Below are positions 15,401 to 30,100 of a stretch of 64,000 nucleotides of DNA, one piece after another. The stretch covers positions 10,912,001-10,976,000 of the forward strand of contig OZ059898.1 in NCBI GenBank assembly GCA_964057225.1. Direction: 5' to 3'. The notes beneath the pieces are model-generated. The model searched no databases. It saw only the letters and a list, made by a program, of their open reading frames with translations, and was not told where the DNA came from. Every line of letters begins with the position of its first letter. Positions within the stretch are counted from its first letter, which is position 1. A program made the translations under genes and the position numbers. The DNA comes from Auanema rhodensis. Lineage: Eukaryota; Animalia; Nematoda.

Positions 15401-18400
15401 AACATTATGAAGAAGAAATGAAATAGAGAATAAGAGAAAGAGATTAGAGTGTATGAGAGGTAGATACAAAGAAAAGAGAGAGATAGAGAGAGAGAAAGAG
15501 AGAGAGAGAGAAGTAGAGAGAGAGAGAGAGGGAGAGGGAAAATAGAAAGAGAAAGAAAAAGAAAGAATTTGAAGAAGGTACATTAAAAATTCGGTTTTGA
15601 TTGATACGTTTATCCCATTTACTCATGTCAATGTATCCATAGACTAACATGTATGCAATTCTCTGTTTCTCTTACTTTCTCTTTGTCATGACATTCGGCT
15701 TGTTGTGTTACGTGAACTATAATGAAATGACCCGAACTTCATCAAGTTCAAGCCAATGTCAGAGGAAAGAGATGGCTGATGATGACGATGGTCAGGATAT
15801 ATTAAAGCTAAAAAGAACAAGAGAGTGGAAACAAAAAGGAAGAATAGATAAATAGCAAAGGAAATAAACATGAACTGGGAGAGAATTTCACGGAGATATT
15901 AAGAGAGAGAAAGGAATAGAGCGCGAAAAGGAAGTAGCTGACTAACTTGTTGTGAGCAAAATTGGGCACATCGTCTCGTCTAGTTATCGAGAGCGTCGTT
16001 GGTTCTGAGCATTGCTCAAAGTGATGAACATATAGTGATTACTATGAACAGAAAACTCCCAACCGATTTTTATTTTAAAAAAGAAATAAGAACAAGAAAA
16101 GAAGACGAAGAAACACTAAAAGCGTTTAATTCTGAGCAGGAAACAACTGAGTGAGCACAAATAGTATGAATAGTGTTGATCATAGTAGTATTTCGTTTCA
16201 TTCTTGATGATCGCCATACTGAGAGCAAGCGTTTCGGTTAAACTTTAAAGATAGGACAAAAAAGAGAAAGAGAGATAAAATATAGATGAAGAAAAAAAGA
16301 GAGAGTTAGAGAGAAACAGGGAAAATTAGCGTTACACGGAAAAATGAAGGGGGACGGGTGTGAAAGCTTAGAAAAGCCATTGCTTCAGTTGATTTTTCAA
16401 CTTAGAATGCCCTTAAACCATTTAAAGATCGAGTTGTGTTTAGTGGTAATGGTTGTAACAATTGTAGTGTTCCGTTTAAATGACTAAAACCTTCTTTTCA
16501 ATAAAAAAAGAAAATCAAAATGCTATTCAACATTAGAGTTTTTATTAGAATTAAAGAAGAACAAAGCATTAATCAGATAAATAATGAAGTTGTGGAAGAT
16601 TCATTTGAAAATCAGATTTTAATTTTTTTTTTTTTGCAAAATTGAATAGAGTACTAGAGCTTCAGATCAAAAAACAAAATTAGTAGTGCTCATTTAGGTC
16701 TTGAAAATTTACCTGAGAAAAAAAAACAAAAAATGAAAATGAAATGAAATCTATATAAAAAAAATTGAAAGCTATTTTTATATTTTAAACGATAGTATGC
16801 TAGTGGAAATGTCGTGAATACAGATACGTTGATGGCAAACTTAGTTGAAATGAGAAGGATGTGAATGAGAACACAACTAGAAAATGCATTCTTCTCCCTT
16901 ATACCATGCTATTTCACGAAAACATTCGTGTTACTTCTCTTTATTTTAGACTGATGACAGCCTTGATACTTTGCTCTTCCTATACCTCAGCCTATTTTTT
17001 GTTTCGTTTGGTTCTATGTTTCTTTTTATATGTTTTATTCTTTTTCCCTCTCTTTCATTTTTTGTATTTCTCTTTCTCTCTGTTTTTCTCACAAGCTTTT
17101 GTATCTTTCTCATTTCTCTAAATCTCCCTCCATATTTAACGTTTAACTTGAATATATTGTGTTACAAATATCGTTGTATTTGTTAAAAAGAAGAACTTTT
17201 CAGAATAGATACATCGAATTGAGTAATTTACATATTTTCAAATTGGAGAAATAAACGTGGAAGATAAACGTGACATCTTGTTAGCATCGATGAGACGAAT
17301 GACGTGAGCACACGTAAAAAAACAAAAAAAACAGAAAAGAACGGTTGCAATTGGAAATTTAGAGTTAAGATTTTCAGAAATGTACGCAAGTATAAGCTGC
17401 AAGAAAGTTTTCCAAAAAAATTCCAAAAAAAAAATGAAAAAATACAAATTCAGTTGAAGTAGTGAACATGAAGTTTATATGAGAATAGGTGAAAATACTT
17501 CATAAAGTATTTGATAATTATCCATACACGTAGAAATATTTTATATCTCTCCGCCTTTAATATAAAAAGTTCTGACAAACTGCTGTCATCAATATTGAAC
17601 TTTTGCGAAAATGAAATGACAAGAGGAATTAATAATTATTATTTAATTTAATGTTTTAAAAGATAAAATAAAAATTATTAGAAAAAATGAATGATAAAGA
17701 CTTTTCAAGTTCAAAAAAAATGATTTGAAAAAAAAACTCACAGTGACTTATAAAGTAACCGAGATAGCAACCACGACGCCAGTGTGACAGTTTCTGTGAT
17801 GAAAGACGAACAAAAAAAATCTGAAAAAAAAAAATAATTTTGATAGTTATTTAGGTGAAAACCATTTCAAACAATTGGCTCAAGATAATATTACAGAAAC
17901 ACAAAACGTATAGAAATAAATAATAGAAGTGCTCTGGAGAAAAGATCATCATCATAGAGAAACTAAAACAATTTCATATGATCTTATGAATTTTCTTAAT
18001 AAAGTTGACAAACAGACAGAATCTGTCACATAGAAGATGAGCGGATGGTAGACGTTCCTGTCAGAACAACTCAAAATAGATTTCAGTATAACATGCTTGA
18101 GAATTATACCAGACAAAAGTGGATTGACCAGTTGACAGAAGATTTCACATTTGGAATGTCCCTTATGAGCCCAACTCGATTAGAGCTTTCAAACGTGCTA
18201 CTGAAGAAGAGGGAAGAACTTTTTTCTCTCCGGAAAATTATCGAAAAAAACTGAAACAACCGCAGCAAAATGTTTAAGAACCTTTTACGCTAGAGTTACA
18301 TGATGATGATTGTTATGAAAATTGTTGATGTAGCAAAGATAAAACGGAAAAAAGAAGGTTTAAAGTAAAAACACATGAAATACCTAAAGTGTGCATATTT

Positions 18401-20051
18401 AAGACTGTTTATACATATTATAATTATATATTCCTAAATATTTTAATATAAAGAGGGAGGGGACGTATGAAATATAATTGAAATAATAGAGAGAATGATA
18501 GACATAAAGATAAATAGAGCTCAAATTTGAATGAAAAGACTTGATACTCGTCCCTATGTTTCTATATCTCTTAACCAACCACTCACTCTTTTATCACATG
18601 TTGTATTGAAAAGAAAATAATTCAGTAATCGTATATGTTTTAAATTATTTCAAAATATTCAATTATAGCATGTCAATGTTTAGAAAAGTACTCAAACATG
18701 AAAAGATATAAGAATCAGAATTAATAATAAGCAACAGAAGATGATAGAATTAAAATTTTTTTTTATGAATTTAAAGCATCACTAAACTTAAAAAAAAACT
18801 TCAGAGAATGAGAATAATAAAAGCTAATCACTACTCCAAATGCAATGAAAATTGTTTTTAAAATCACTAGCCACATATCTTGAACAAAACTACAAATTAG
18901 TTAGATAAACATATATGCTATTTCAATAATTTACAATTATTTCATTTTTTAATTTTGAAAATTTTATCTTATATTACATTCGTATTAATGTCAAAAATTG
19001 AAACAAAAAATTATAGATCAGTATAAATATAAATAAATATATATTTATATACTATATATAAAAATATTTTAAAATATTAAAAAAAAATTGAAAATAGCTC
19101 TTTTCATATAATATAATATAACATATTCAGCATGGTTCAAAAATTAATTGTTTAAAAATAAAAGTAAAATTTGAAGAAAATACATTTGAGCAATCCTGTT
19201 TTCGGGCAAATTTATGAAAGAACACAAATCCTTGGATAGGAAAAATCTTTCTGGGTTTCTCTTATTTTCACTTTGTATTTCATGTCACATTCCTTTTTGT
19301 TAGCTCTCATCTTTGAAGAAAAAGAGAGAGAGACAGCATGAATTGACTGGTACACCTTGTGCCATCGTCGTCGTCTTCGTCGGACACATGGCTAGTGCAT
19401 CTGAATACTTGATGTCTTTTGTTTTGTGATGCAACCGAATTTCTGAGAGTTTTCAGAAAAACCAGGGGAACAGAATGGACAACATAAGAGATTGCTAGTG
19501 GCTTCTCAACAGACGAAATGAAAAAAAATGACAGCGGAGTCAAACTGAATACATTGATATGTTTGATGTCTGAAATATTTAAACCTTTTCCGGTAAATTT
19601 TATTTGGAATATTTGTAAAAATAATTAATTAAATAAAGTGAATATGAAGAAAAATTAATATTTTAACTACTCTTTTGGCTTAAATATCTCTATACTATGA
19701 AGCAATATTCAAACAAGTATTAAAAATCTTTTAGCACATGAATTGAAATTAAATAGAAAGTTCATCAAATAAAATCTTGAAAAACAAAAAAATTATCTGC
19801 ATATAGTCTGGTCAACTGAACTCGCTTTCTTTTTTCTCAAACTTTTCTTCTCCAAATACTATATATTGTATAATTAAATTTGGAAAAAGTAAAAAACGAA
19901 AAATTTTTGGTTGTTTTCAATGACGTTTGGAGCAAGTCCGAATAGAATGATATAGTTATATAGAAGATAACTTTTAGAAGAAGAAATAGTCATATAATAA
20001 TAATAAAGGTATATTCTTATTATAAGAATATTACAGTATTTTTTAAATTTA

Positions 20052-20082
<31 letters not shown>

Positions 20083-21200
20083 TATTATTATTATTATTTT
20101 TGTTTGATGAATATACAAATATGAGTAAAAACGTCATGTACTTTATCTGCTAGAAACGAGGATTAGTAAGTAAAATCTCTTTTTAATCCATGTATTTACA
20201 CTTAAAGTCAAAATAAAAACAAATATTGGTCTAAAAAAGACATCGAACCAATTTTTTTGTTTGAATTTGAATTTCTAAATAACGTCCGAACTTCTGATAT
20301 TCGTGGAATTGCACAACAAATAATCTGAACATGGAATAAAGAGTGATTGAAGCAGAGGGAAGAGGGAAAAAAAGTCTTTTAAGGATTATTGACCAGAAAT
20401 AGGGAAAGAGAGATAACAGGCAAATTTGTGGGAGAGAAGTAAGACGTTTCTCTCAAAAAGTGTCAGAAGATTTTCACGTCAAAATGACTTTTATGTAATC
20501 TACGTAGAGATTTTCTATGATCTTTTGAAACTAGTGATTGAGGCAATATAATAGTTTTCTATTACTTAAAATTTGAAGCAATATCTCATTCTATTAAAGA
20601 AACTATTTAAATTTTAAAAAAATAAATAATTTTTAATAATAATATACTGTACCATATGTATATAGTATATAATATACTGTTGTTATCAAAGATAATAGAA
20701 GAAAGTTGTGGTATTGGGAAGAACAACAAAGACAATTAAGACAAACTTGTCTCATTTAGTCAAGAAAAAAAGAAAATGAAAGAACATATGACATGGAAAG
20801 AAAAAGATTGCAATACGATATATACTCAGGGAAATAAGTTGTTCACACATCTAAGTAATGAAAGAAAAATGAAAGGTATAGCACGAAAAGCATAATATTG
20901 TTCTTGCAAATCAGACGTTAAACACGTTTATTGTCGGGACACTGTTATAATATTCTACTCACAAACAAAAAAAAACAGTTGAAGTAGATTATCTCAAGTA
21001 TATTGCATTCTTGTGACTAAAAAAGAACGTTTCAATAGGAGGTGTGAGAGAGAGCCCAAAAAAATAACGGAAAAAACCGAAATAAGAGAAGAAGAAGATA
21101 AAGTCCTAGGGAGGTAGACTATATGATCTTCTTAGATGGTGGAGTGTTTTCAAGAGAAAGACATCATCACTCTGTTTCTAGTCAACTAGACTTTTATGAC

Positions 21201-21358
21201 GGCAAGTTCAGTGAGTGAGAACTATCGAATTAGTAACGGAGCTGGGACTTTTTGCCCGACGATGGCGGTTCGACGTTTGCATTGTCGCCCCAGTCGCCTG
21301 GTGTAGATGCCCCCTCTAAGTCTAAAGGACCTCCGGTTATGTGCCTCACTGACTTCTT
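21201..21358. other. GC-rich island with nested complementary segments; candidate structured RNA or conserved non-coding element
   Basis: Pairings visible by eye: AAGT(T)CAGTGAG/CTCACTGACTT, TAAC-GGAG/CTCC(G)GTTA, CTGGG/CCCAG and GACGATG/CATTGTC. No convincing ORF. Confidence 0.25.
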
Positions 21359-22262
21359 CACAACGATGATGATGTTAAGGATAATGATGATGCTGATGAT
21401 GTTGATGATGATGATGATGATGATGCGGTAGATTTTGATGTTAATGATGATACAGCAAAAATACAAATCTAGGAATATAATTAATATAAAATTAACATAT
21501 ATATATAATATTTAAACATAAACAATATTATAAAAATAAAAAAATAAAAGAAAATATAGTTTTGTAGAGAATATAGTTTGATATTATAATAAAATTAGGA
21601 ATAATTAGAAAAATTAATGTAGTATATAGGTTAATAAACCTTAAGTTATGATAGTCCGACCGTTTGATCAATTTATGTCCTTAAAATTACAATATTTTTT
21701 ATAATTTCTTAAAAAGAGTGTTGGTATAACAATTTCAAAACGAATATCATATATGAAAGCTTAGTTTTGCTTACTTTGTTTCTCAAATAAGCGTTTGAAA
21801 TATTAAATTTTCATCTCATTTAGTTCTTTTATATGAAATTCAAATGATATTTTAAATTATCTTTCAAGAAATTGATCTTTTTTTGAAATATAACAAAAAA
21901 ATGTTATAACAAGCAATTTTTCCCAAATACAATTTACGATATGCTTATATTACCAGAATATACTTCGCTTTGTATTTAGTAATATTTCTTGAAATAAAAA
22001 CTTTTAAACAATCTGAGATAAGAAGAACAACGAAAGTATTAAGCCAGGATGTTTCAAAATTATCAAATAGCAATGCTTATATTACGTGAAAATGGTCCAG
22101 AGAAAAGAGCGTGAAGAGGGGGAGAAAGAATAATTCAAAATGTAAGCTCAAGGTGAGGATAACAATAGGTTGAGAAGTGTGAAAACGAAGATGCAAAGAC
22201 GAAAAAGATCAAAGAAGTTCTTTATCCTATATGCTGTTTCCATATTCTTTTTTCTTCTTATT

Positions 22263-22319
22263 TTCTTTCTCTCTCTCTCTTTCTATTACTCTTACTCTCT
22301 CTTTCTCTCTCTCTCTTTC

Positions 22320-22377
<58 letters not shown>
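22263..22377. repeat. (TC)n microsatellite
   Basis: Long TC dinucleotide run; it generates the spurious SLSL/ERER ORFs in the track. Confidence 0.9.
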
Positions 22378-22381
<4 letters not shown>

Positions 22382-24184
22382 TGTTTATCTATATTTGACG
22401 CTGTGTCATAAAGTCCGTTATAGAGATGTTCATTAGTTATACAGTGAATTTTTGGATAGGAACGAGAGTTGCTTAAGAGGTCAAGTATCAAGCTAATTCA
22501 GTATCTAAGTTTGATCATTTGTAAATATATATTATTGTTTCAATATAGTCAAGAACATGCTTTACACATCTAGTTGAGGCATCATGCTGTGCATGCAGTT
22601 GAGCTTTGAACATTTTGAACGCATATGTTTAGTTAAAAGTAAAAAGAACAAATTTTTATAAAATATGAAAGATTAAAATAATTTAAATTGACAATACTTA
22701 TTAATACTATCATAAAACAGTCATTAGATTGAATACGATCTGCACACATACATATATACTAGATGCTTTGTTCATTTGTAATGGACAGAGTTTGGTTATG
22801 TTGATTGACTTTTAGATATTTCTTCATCGTCTTCATGACAAAACAATGAAATCATGCTGCTGACCACCGAAAGACAATGTGTGGTTGAGTTACTCTGATT
22901 GCTTGATTCACATTGCATAATGACATCTGATGAGATTTATGAGGAGATTCCCCTGCTACTCATGCATTCTCTTTGTACTTACAAGGATATAATTAGAGAA
23001 GAAAGATACACTATGAAGCAAGGAAATTGAAATCATAGAAGAAGAAAAAGAAATAAAGAGAGAGAGAGAGAGAGAGAAAAGAAAAAAATAGAGAGGTAAA
23101 AATCAGATACGAAGATACATATATAAGAGAACATAAGTAAATACACATACGTTCCTAAATATCTAACTCAATTGAAATGAATGATGATCACTTTTAAACC
23201 AAATTATATAAAAAATAAATTAAAATAATGAATATTACTAATATTAAAAATAAATCTTTGCTTCTAAAATAGGAGATTAATTAGAATGAAAAAAGAAAAG
23301 AGAAGAAGAGCATTATGGGTCAAATGTTTGTAAACTATGATGATTGAAACGCTTTGATCTACATATTCTTGCTCCTAATCCTTTTAATCAACAAACAGAT
23401 GACCACAATTATTTTGTTTTCAGATCATTCATAAACAACTTATTTAATCAAATAAATATGAAATTAATTTACTTCAAATAAGATTTAAAAAAAAAGATGA
23501 AAAAGAAAAAGAGAAGAGCTATAAGAGAGCGAGGAAAAAAAAAGATAAAATTGGTGAGATGAGAAAAATTAGAAGAAGAGTAAGAGAAACAGAGAGAAGA
23601 AAAGATATATAGAGAGATTGTACTAGAGGTTGCAAAGAAGGAAGTTTGAGAGAATGGCTTCTGACTTAAAATAATGATCTCATGCTACTCATAATCCGTT
23701 CCTTTAAGAGTTTAAAAGAGAAAAACATCATCTTGGTCATTTATCATTGCATTTCATGAGATCGAAACTAAACTGCACTTTTTCAACTGATATATCATGA
23801 ACCGGCGATTATTTCAAACAAAAGTAAAGTTTATCTACAAATACTGAATCTAAAAATTTTGATTTATTATATAATAATAATATACAAAAGTAATATAATT
23901 TACATATCAGATACCCGTGAAAATGAAGAAGAAAGGACTTATTCATATATTTTGATCAATGAAGAATCTGATTTTAGTTCTTTCAATGACTTTTAGAATG
24001 CACTGAGAAGAACAACAAAATTGTAAAAAAATAAAAATAAATATTCGTTTGAAAAATGAAATATTTACTATATAAAGTATATATAGTTAACATTTCATTA
24101 TTGTAACTATTCCAATTGTCTTGTAGAAAGTTTTAAAAAATAAGACATTTAGTAGTTTCACAGTTGGTTTACGGATATGCTGGC

Positions 24185-27100
24185 TCAGGGACATTTTCGG
24201 TCCATAACAGAAGATTTCCTCCTCAAATACGCAACAGCTTGAACCAGATTCTCGCTATTCATAAGATCTCCAGAGTTGAAAGGTGGGCTAAAAATTAAAA
24301 TTATATATAAAATTTATAATATATATATATATATATATGAATTTAAAAAAGTTTGATTTCAGTATAAGAGATGAAACATCAGCATCATCATTATGCTCAG
24401 TATAGATGGCAGAGTTAATCTACAAGCTCTGAATCTTACTTCTACCCAACTATTCTTCATTTTAACTCCTATTTGTCGTTTTTTTTTTGTCGAACTTTGG
24501 CTTTTTTTTGGTTTTTTTTCAGAAAAAAACCAATTGTAACGTTTTTCTTCCCCTATTTCAGTAAAAATAATCAGAATCATGAAAATAAATTGACCTTTCT
24601 TTTCTTCTTTTCATATTTTCCATATGATTTATTGGAGGAACTCTAGAATAAGTATAATTATTTGAAGATATTGTGAACAGTTTCAAATTTGAAATAAAGA
24701 AATACCTCAAAAATGAAACTTTACGAGTTGTATTTGAGTTTTCTGCACATTCTTCCAAGTCTTTTTCATTCATTGTTTCAGGTGATTCTATTGTTGGTCG
24801 AACAATCTAAATGAAATTTCATAAGTTTTTGTTCCTTATTAGACAAATTATCATATAATTCTAAATAAATTGCTAATAACAAACTTCAAGTGTAGGGGTC
24901 AGAATATCATAAACCAATGATGGATCAGTATCTTTGCGTGTAATACTTGTCTTCTGTTGTGTAAGATGATCAGTTTCTGATCGAAGTTGTGTTTTTTCTA
25001 ATTCCCGACGAAGCTGTAAAAGAGAAGAAGAAATAGATTATTTATAATTTGTGTATGCATGGTGTGATGAAGCCGAAAGCATCATTCAAACATACATCTG
25101 ATAAAGCAACTACACCAATCAGACGACCACAGTCTGTTACATATGCTTTTGATAATTGTAACATTGAAAATATGGAGTGAATCTGAAAAATTAAAACTTG
25201 ATTATAGGTTTGTAAATGAAATTCTCTTCAAAACCTTATATAAACTAGTTCGTTTAACCAACTGAAATGGTGCTTGATCAATAGTATCATCATCTAGTAG
25301 AAATTCATCTTCTAATCTTTCTGCTTCCCACTCTTTTCTCTAAAATAAGGTTTGTTCACAAATAAATTCAAAAAAAACTTTCTAATGAATTTTTGTTAGA
25401 CAAACCTCTTCATCTTGCAAATCATAAAGGAAATGTGTTTTTTCATCCTTTTTTGTTTGTCCAATATGCATATTGAAAATATATCTTTTAGCTTGCTTGA
25501 AATAATCTGAATTGAAAAATGAAATTTAATTGAAATTCGAAAATAAACTTGCTTTTAACAACACTTTGATAATTATTTCCTTGAGCATGTATAGTTGATT
25601 GAGCTACACGTGAGCTGATGGAATGAATATCATCTTCTTCTGTCAATGAATGCACATGTGAAAGTTAATTCTGATGTGTATAAACCTGATGTCTTCACTA
25701 TTTGGGTAGCTTCTTGTAAACTACAAAAGGCATTTCTTCTACCTAATGAATTTCTACGCTCTGTTGATGGCTTTGCTGAAGGAATTGAGATGTTGATGCC
25801 CTCGTCATCTGATTCCGGCTGAGCTTTTTCTATTTTTGGCAAGGAGTCTGGTCTACTTAATGTGGGCACCACCAAGAATCTAAACGAAAAAAAAATAAGA
25901 AAAAAATGAACAGTGAATCAGAAGTTAAGGGATAGGCATTATCATGTTATAGCTTAGTTCTTTTACCTATTAAGTTTTCTTTCAATTTGTAATTCATGGC
26001 CAGTTGAAACCAATCGTGGTCTTGATATGGGAGTTTCAAACGACAATACAGTTGCTGATTTGCTTCGAGGCGGCGCTCGTCTTGATATCTAAAAGAATTA
26101 TACCATTTTATATGTATAATAATATTCTTTTTGACTTCAGATTCACTGTTTTTGAAATGTTGATCGATGGTTTGAATTGCTAATCGAACGCGATGTTCTG
26201 CTTCCATTTTACGAGCTGTATCTCCCACTTGAGCTTTAAGAACTTCCAAAAGAAATCGTCTTGATACTGTACCAATCATCATGTGGTTAACTTAACCAAT
26301 TATATATTTCAATGAAAAATGGGTTTTTCCAAACCTTCTGAATCAATTACGGGGAATATACGTATCGTACGATGTTCTAGAAGCATTTTTTTCAACACTC
26401 CGTATTTTGTTCGACGTGTAACGCTAACAACGTTTGATGTCATAATATCTTCAGCATAAGTTGAATGAACTCTGAATTATATAATATTATTCTAATAAAC
26501 AGCAAACATTTCAGAATTTTATTTTGAACTTAAAGCTTCAAGGTTTATATTTTACTTAATTTTCAAGAAATAGAATTAACTTACAAATGACTATTGGGTG
26601 GAATATCTGGTAAGAACGGCAAATGCTTTATCTTAATAATAACATCAAAGAATGATGGTTGAATGAAAGCACAAACAGCATTTGAGATAACGACTGAGAT
26701 CTAGGATATTTATATTTATAATTGATTTTATAATTATATTAAACCATAACAGGCAATATTAGATGTAATTGTCCGGTAATTTCTAAAATCATCATGGACA
26801 CCGAAACAGAATGCGTTACTGAAGCCGAAAAGCTGGCAGAACCTGAGATGAAAAGTTATGCTCTATATCCAAATGAATACCGTAACCATTACAAATTCAA
26901 AATAATACAAATGTATTTTGAAAGATAGTTGTTATAGTATATATATTTTTTTTTTTAAATAAAATCATATAATATATCAGTATATTACATAAAAGATTCA
27001 TTATTCATGATGATAACTAAAGCTATAAAGCATTATGTTTAAGATGTAAAGTTATCGAATAATAATGTCACACATGTTGACTGACAAAGTCAAACTTTTA

Positions 27101-30100
27101 ATCTTATAGTAAAATAAGAAAACATAGTTAATACTTGTTTGAAATTCATGAAAGTGTCAAAAAAAAGATAGAAATTGATCGACAAATATCTAGGCTACGA
27201 TTATTTTTCACAATGAATTGGAAATGTTTGGTTAATTTCTAAAGATTTCGATTCCTGCATTATATCAAAATTAATTTTGTAAAAGAGCAAGTTTGACAAG
27301 AAAACAACAATGTTATATTTGTTTTAATATTCTACTCACCGACAACAGCATAAACTCCTGGATATATCACTGATTTAAATCCGTTTGGAACAGATAATGA
27401 GATCATCTAGTTAATTAATATTTAATTTATACTGTATATCTTATTCTAACTTCTCCGTATAATCTGCCAACAGCTCCTCCTAACGTGAATACAGGACCAA
27501 ATACTCCAGATGGTATTGGTAGTGACATACTTAATATGGAAAATATAATCTAAAAATGGATAATTTAGAATAAAATTCAGTTATAAAGTACATTAACACT
27601 GATGAATGTAACTAGAAGACGTAAAGTATGATCAGCGTTTCCAATCCAATTAGCATTAATTCCAGGTCCACAATGAACAGGTGATTCAGATGTTGCTGTG
27701 AAAGTGCAATTACTGAAGAAATCTTTCAGATTCATCCCAAATTTCAGCTTAATTTATTTTTTGTTTTTTGAATGTTGAATAAACCTTATTTCTTACTCTT
27801 CCTGTTGTATATTGTCCTAATCCGTATGTATATGAAAGTATACCGTAAGCTAATGATACGCATATTGGAAAGTAATACCATCTGTAAAAATAATTTTCGT
27901 TGGAAATAATTTCTGAAATTCATTTTGTATATTTACTTTCTTTGAAAAATCTTTTTTGCATATGAATTAGTTCTCAACATCATTACAATTCGTTTGTACA
28001 GATTGATGTAGAATGCTCCCAATAGTCCACAAAGTAATCCTAATACAGCAAATGCAGGTAACTCGTGTACAGTGAAAGCATGTGGTGGAAAACTTGTCTG
28101 TTGAAATGCGTTCACATTCACTGTAATAATCAGTTGAAAATCAGCTACAAGCTATATGTATATGCAAAGCAGAAGCAGATATTGAAGTGGTGTTTGGATA
28201 TTTCCGGGTACGTCATGATGCTTGTTAAAGGGCTAGGCGTTAGAACCACTCAAGATCAAGTTGTAACTCAGGTACTGCTTAACTTAGAACATTAAAATAA
28301 ATAAAAACAGAATAATCTGATAATCATGCATAAGCAATATGGAAAAAAATGAAATGTCTCTGCTTACAAGTTTCGTCATCTGTAGCAGACATATAGCCTC
28401 GAAGCAATCGAATAGTTGTAGCACCACAGCAAGCCGCAAAGAATCCTCTCCAATACGATCGAACAGAAAAATACATAGTCGTAACTTCAATAGAGAAGAG
28501 AACACCTAGAAATACGAGATTAAAATGTTTTTTTCTTCTGAGAAAAGCAGCTTGTTTGTTCAAGTTTCACATTATCAATGTCATATGTACATGTCATGGT
28601 TTGATGCTTCAACCATGATCAAGTCTTGATTTTTTTATGTATTCTATTCGAAAATTAGTCAGTTGTAATCAGTAAATATCAAACTTTTTTTTGTATATTT
28701 AACAGATGATAAACTCAAATTTTATAAGAAAAACAGAAAATTTGATTTTTTCATTTCTTCAATATACTTGACTTCATGATAATGTTGATGAAATACAAAT
28801 AGTTTAGATAGTAAATGTATTTGCTTTTCTCGCTTGTACATAGAAAGGAAAGGGGGCTGTTTGATGTTTCTCGTTGAATTTTTATGAATAGAGTTCTCAT
28901 TCGATGATTTCATGAAACAGCCATAACATCAGTAGCAGCAGCAATGCTCATCTGAATATTTTCTTTTTTTTCTTTTTAGTTCTCTCTTTCTCTTTCAGTT
29001 TTACATTAGCTTTTCCCATAGATATATAAATTTTTCCTCTACTCATGCCATCATATATTCACATTTTTCTTCAAAACTGTAGTTTGAAATTTCAGATTAT
29101 GAACAGATATTTTTATGTTTTAATTGTAACAGCGCTAATTAATAAAGTAATTAGTCAAATATGTGAAGAAGATGGTCTAAGTGTATGCAATAATATACTC
29201 TTATTTCATGAATCATTGACAGAGTTTGCAGAATCTGATGAATAATCGCTACTATTGTGTTGAGGAACGCGGAAGATGTTATGCCTTTAACTATTGTGAT
29301 CCTAATAAACCTCGTATTGATCATTATTTTTCTGTATTAGCAGCTTGCCAACAGCAGTGTCAGCAGGGTTTGGTTTTGAAAAAATTGCCTTTTTTTCTAC
29401 AGGATTAACAAACAGGTCAAATAGTTGAAACAAGCCTATTTTCAGCAAATCCGAAAAAAAAAGACTCATTTACTGAAGCCACATGCCCCTTAATGTATGT
29501 ACAGCAACAGATTCGTGGACCCAAATATGCTTTAACCATCAGAGGATTAAGCTGTTCTCAATCATTCTGTGGGTACGGTTCGTGTTTCCAGAATCAGGAT
29601 GAAGCTGTATGCTGTGAATCGTTGATAAATAGAATTTTTAAACGTTAAGTATACAATATCTTAACATTTTTTTTGTGGCGGGAAAATAATTATTAGTCTT
29701 TGAATAGTATAATTATTCATATATAATATGATATAACTCACTGTCATTCGGTTTAATATGAATAGGAAAAACAAACTTTCATTCTTGTCTATAACATTGG
29801 ATATATCATGTATATTGATTTGTATAAATTATAGATTTTTTTTGTATTTTGAGATAAAAATTTAAATTGTCTAACCTCCAACAGGAGAACTAAAAGTACA
29901 AGCAACACCAACAGCACATGCTGCTGCTAAACACTCTGTTCGTCTCTGTTCATTGTTGAAACTTGGCTCAATCCAACCAGCAATTTTAGACATCTGGTTT
30001 GACACAACTGATGCTATATGAACAAACGGACCCTTTAACAACATTTAAATGAATTACATGAAAAAAAATCATAAATTTCTGACCATTTTTCCAATAGGAA

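Noticed and set aside
18045-18254. 69-aa ORF with an internal TTTCAG acceptor
   Set aside because: No recognisable family, donor site or partner exons, so it cannot be supported.
21201-21358. RNase P/MRP RNA (P4-like bulged helix AAG(U)UCAG/CUGACUU)
   Set aside because: The ACnnAA-type CR-V motif before the 3' strand and the other conserved regions are not evident; kept only as an unknown structured candidate.
1642-24000. Many 60-130 aa ORFs rich in F/L/S or E/R
   Set aside because: They are translations of (TC)n/(GA)n and T-rich tracts, with no domains or consistent splice structure.
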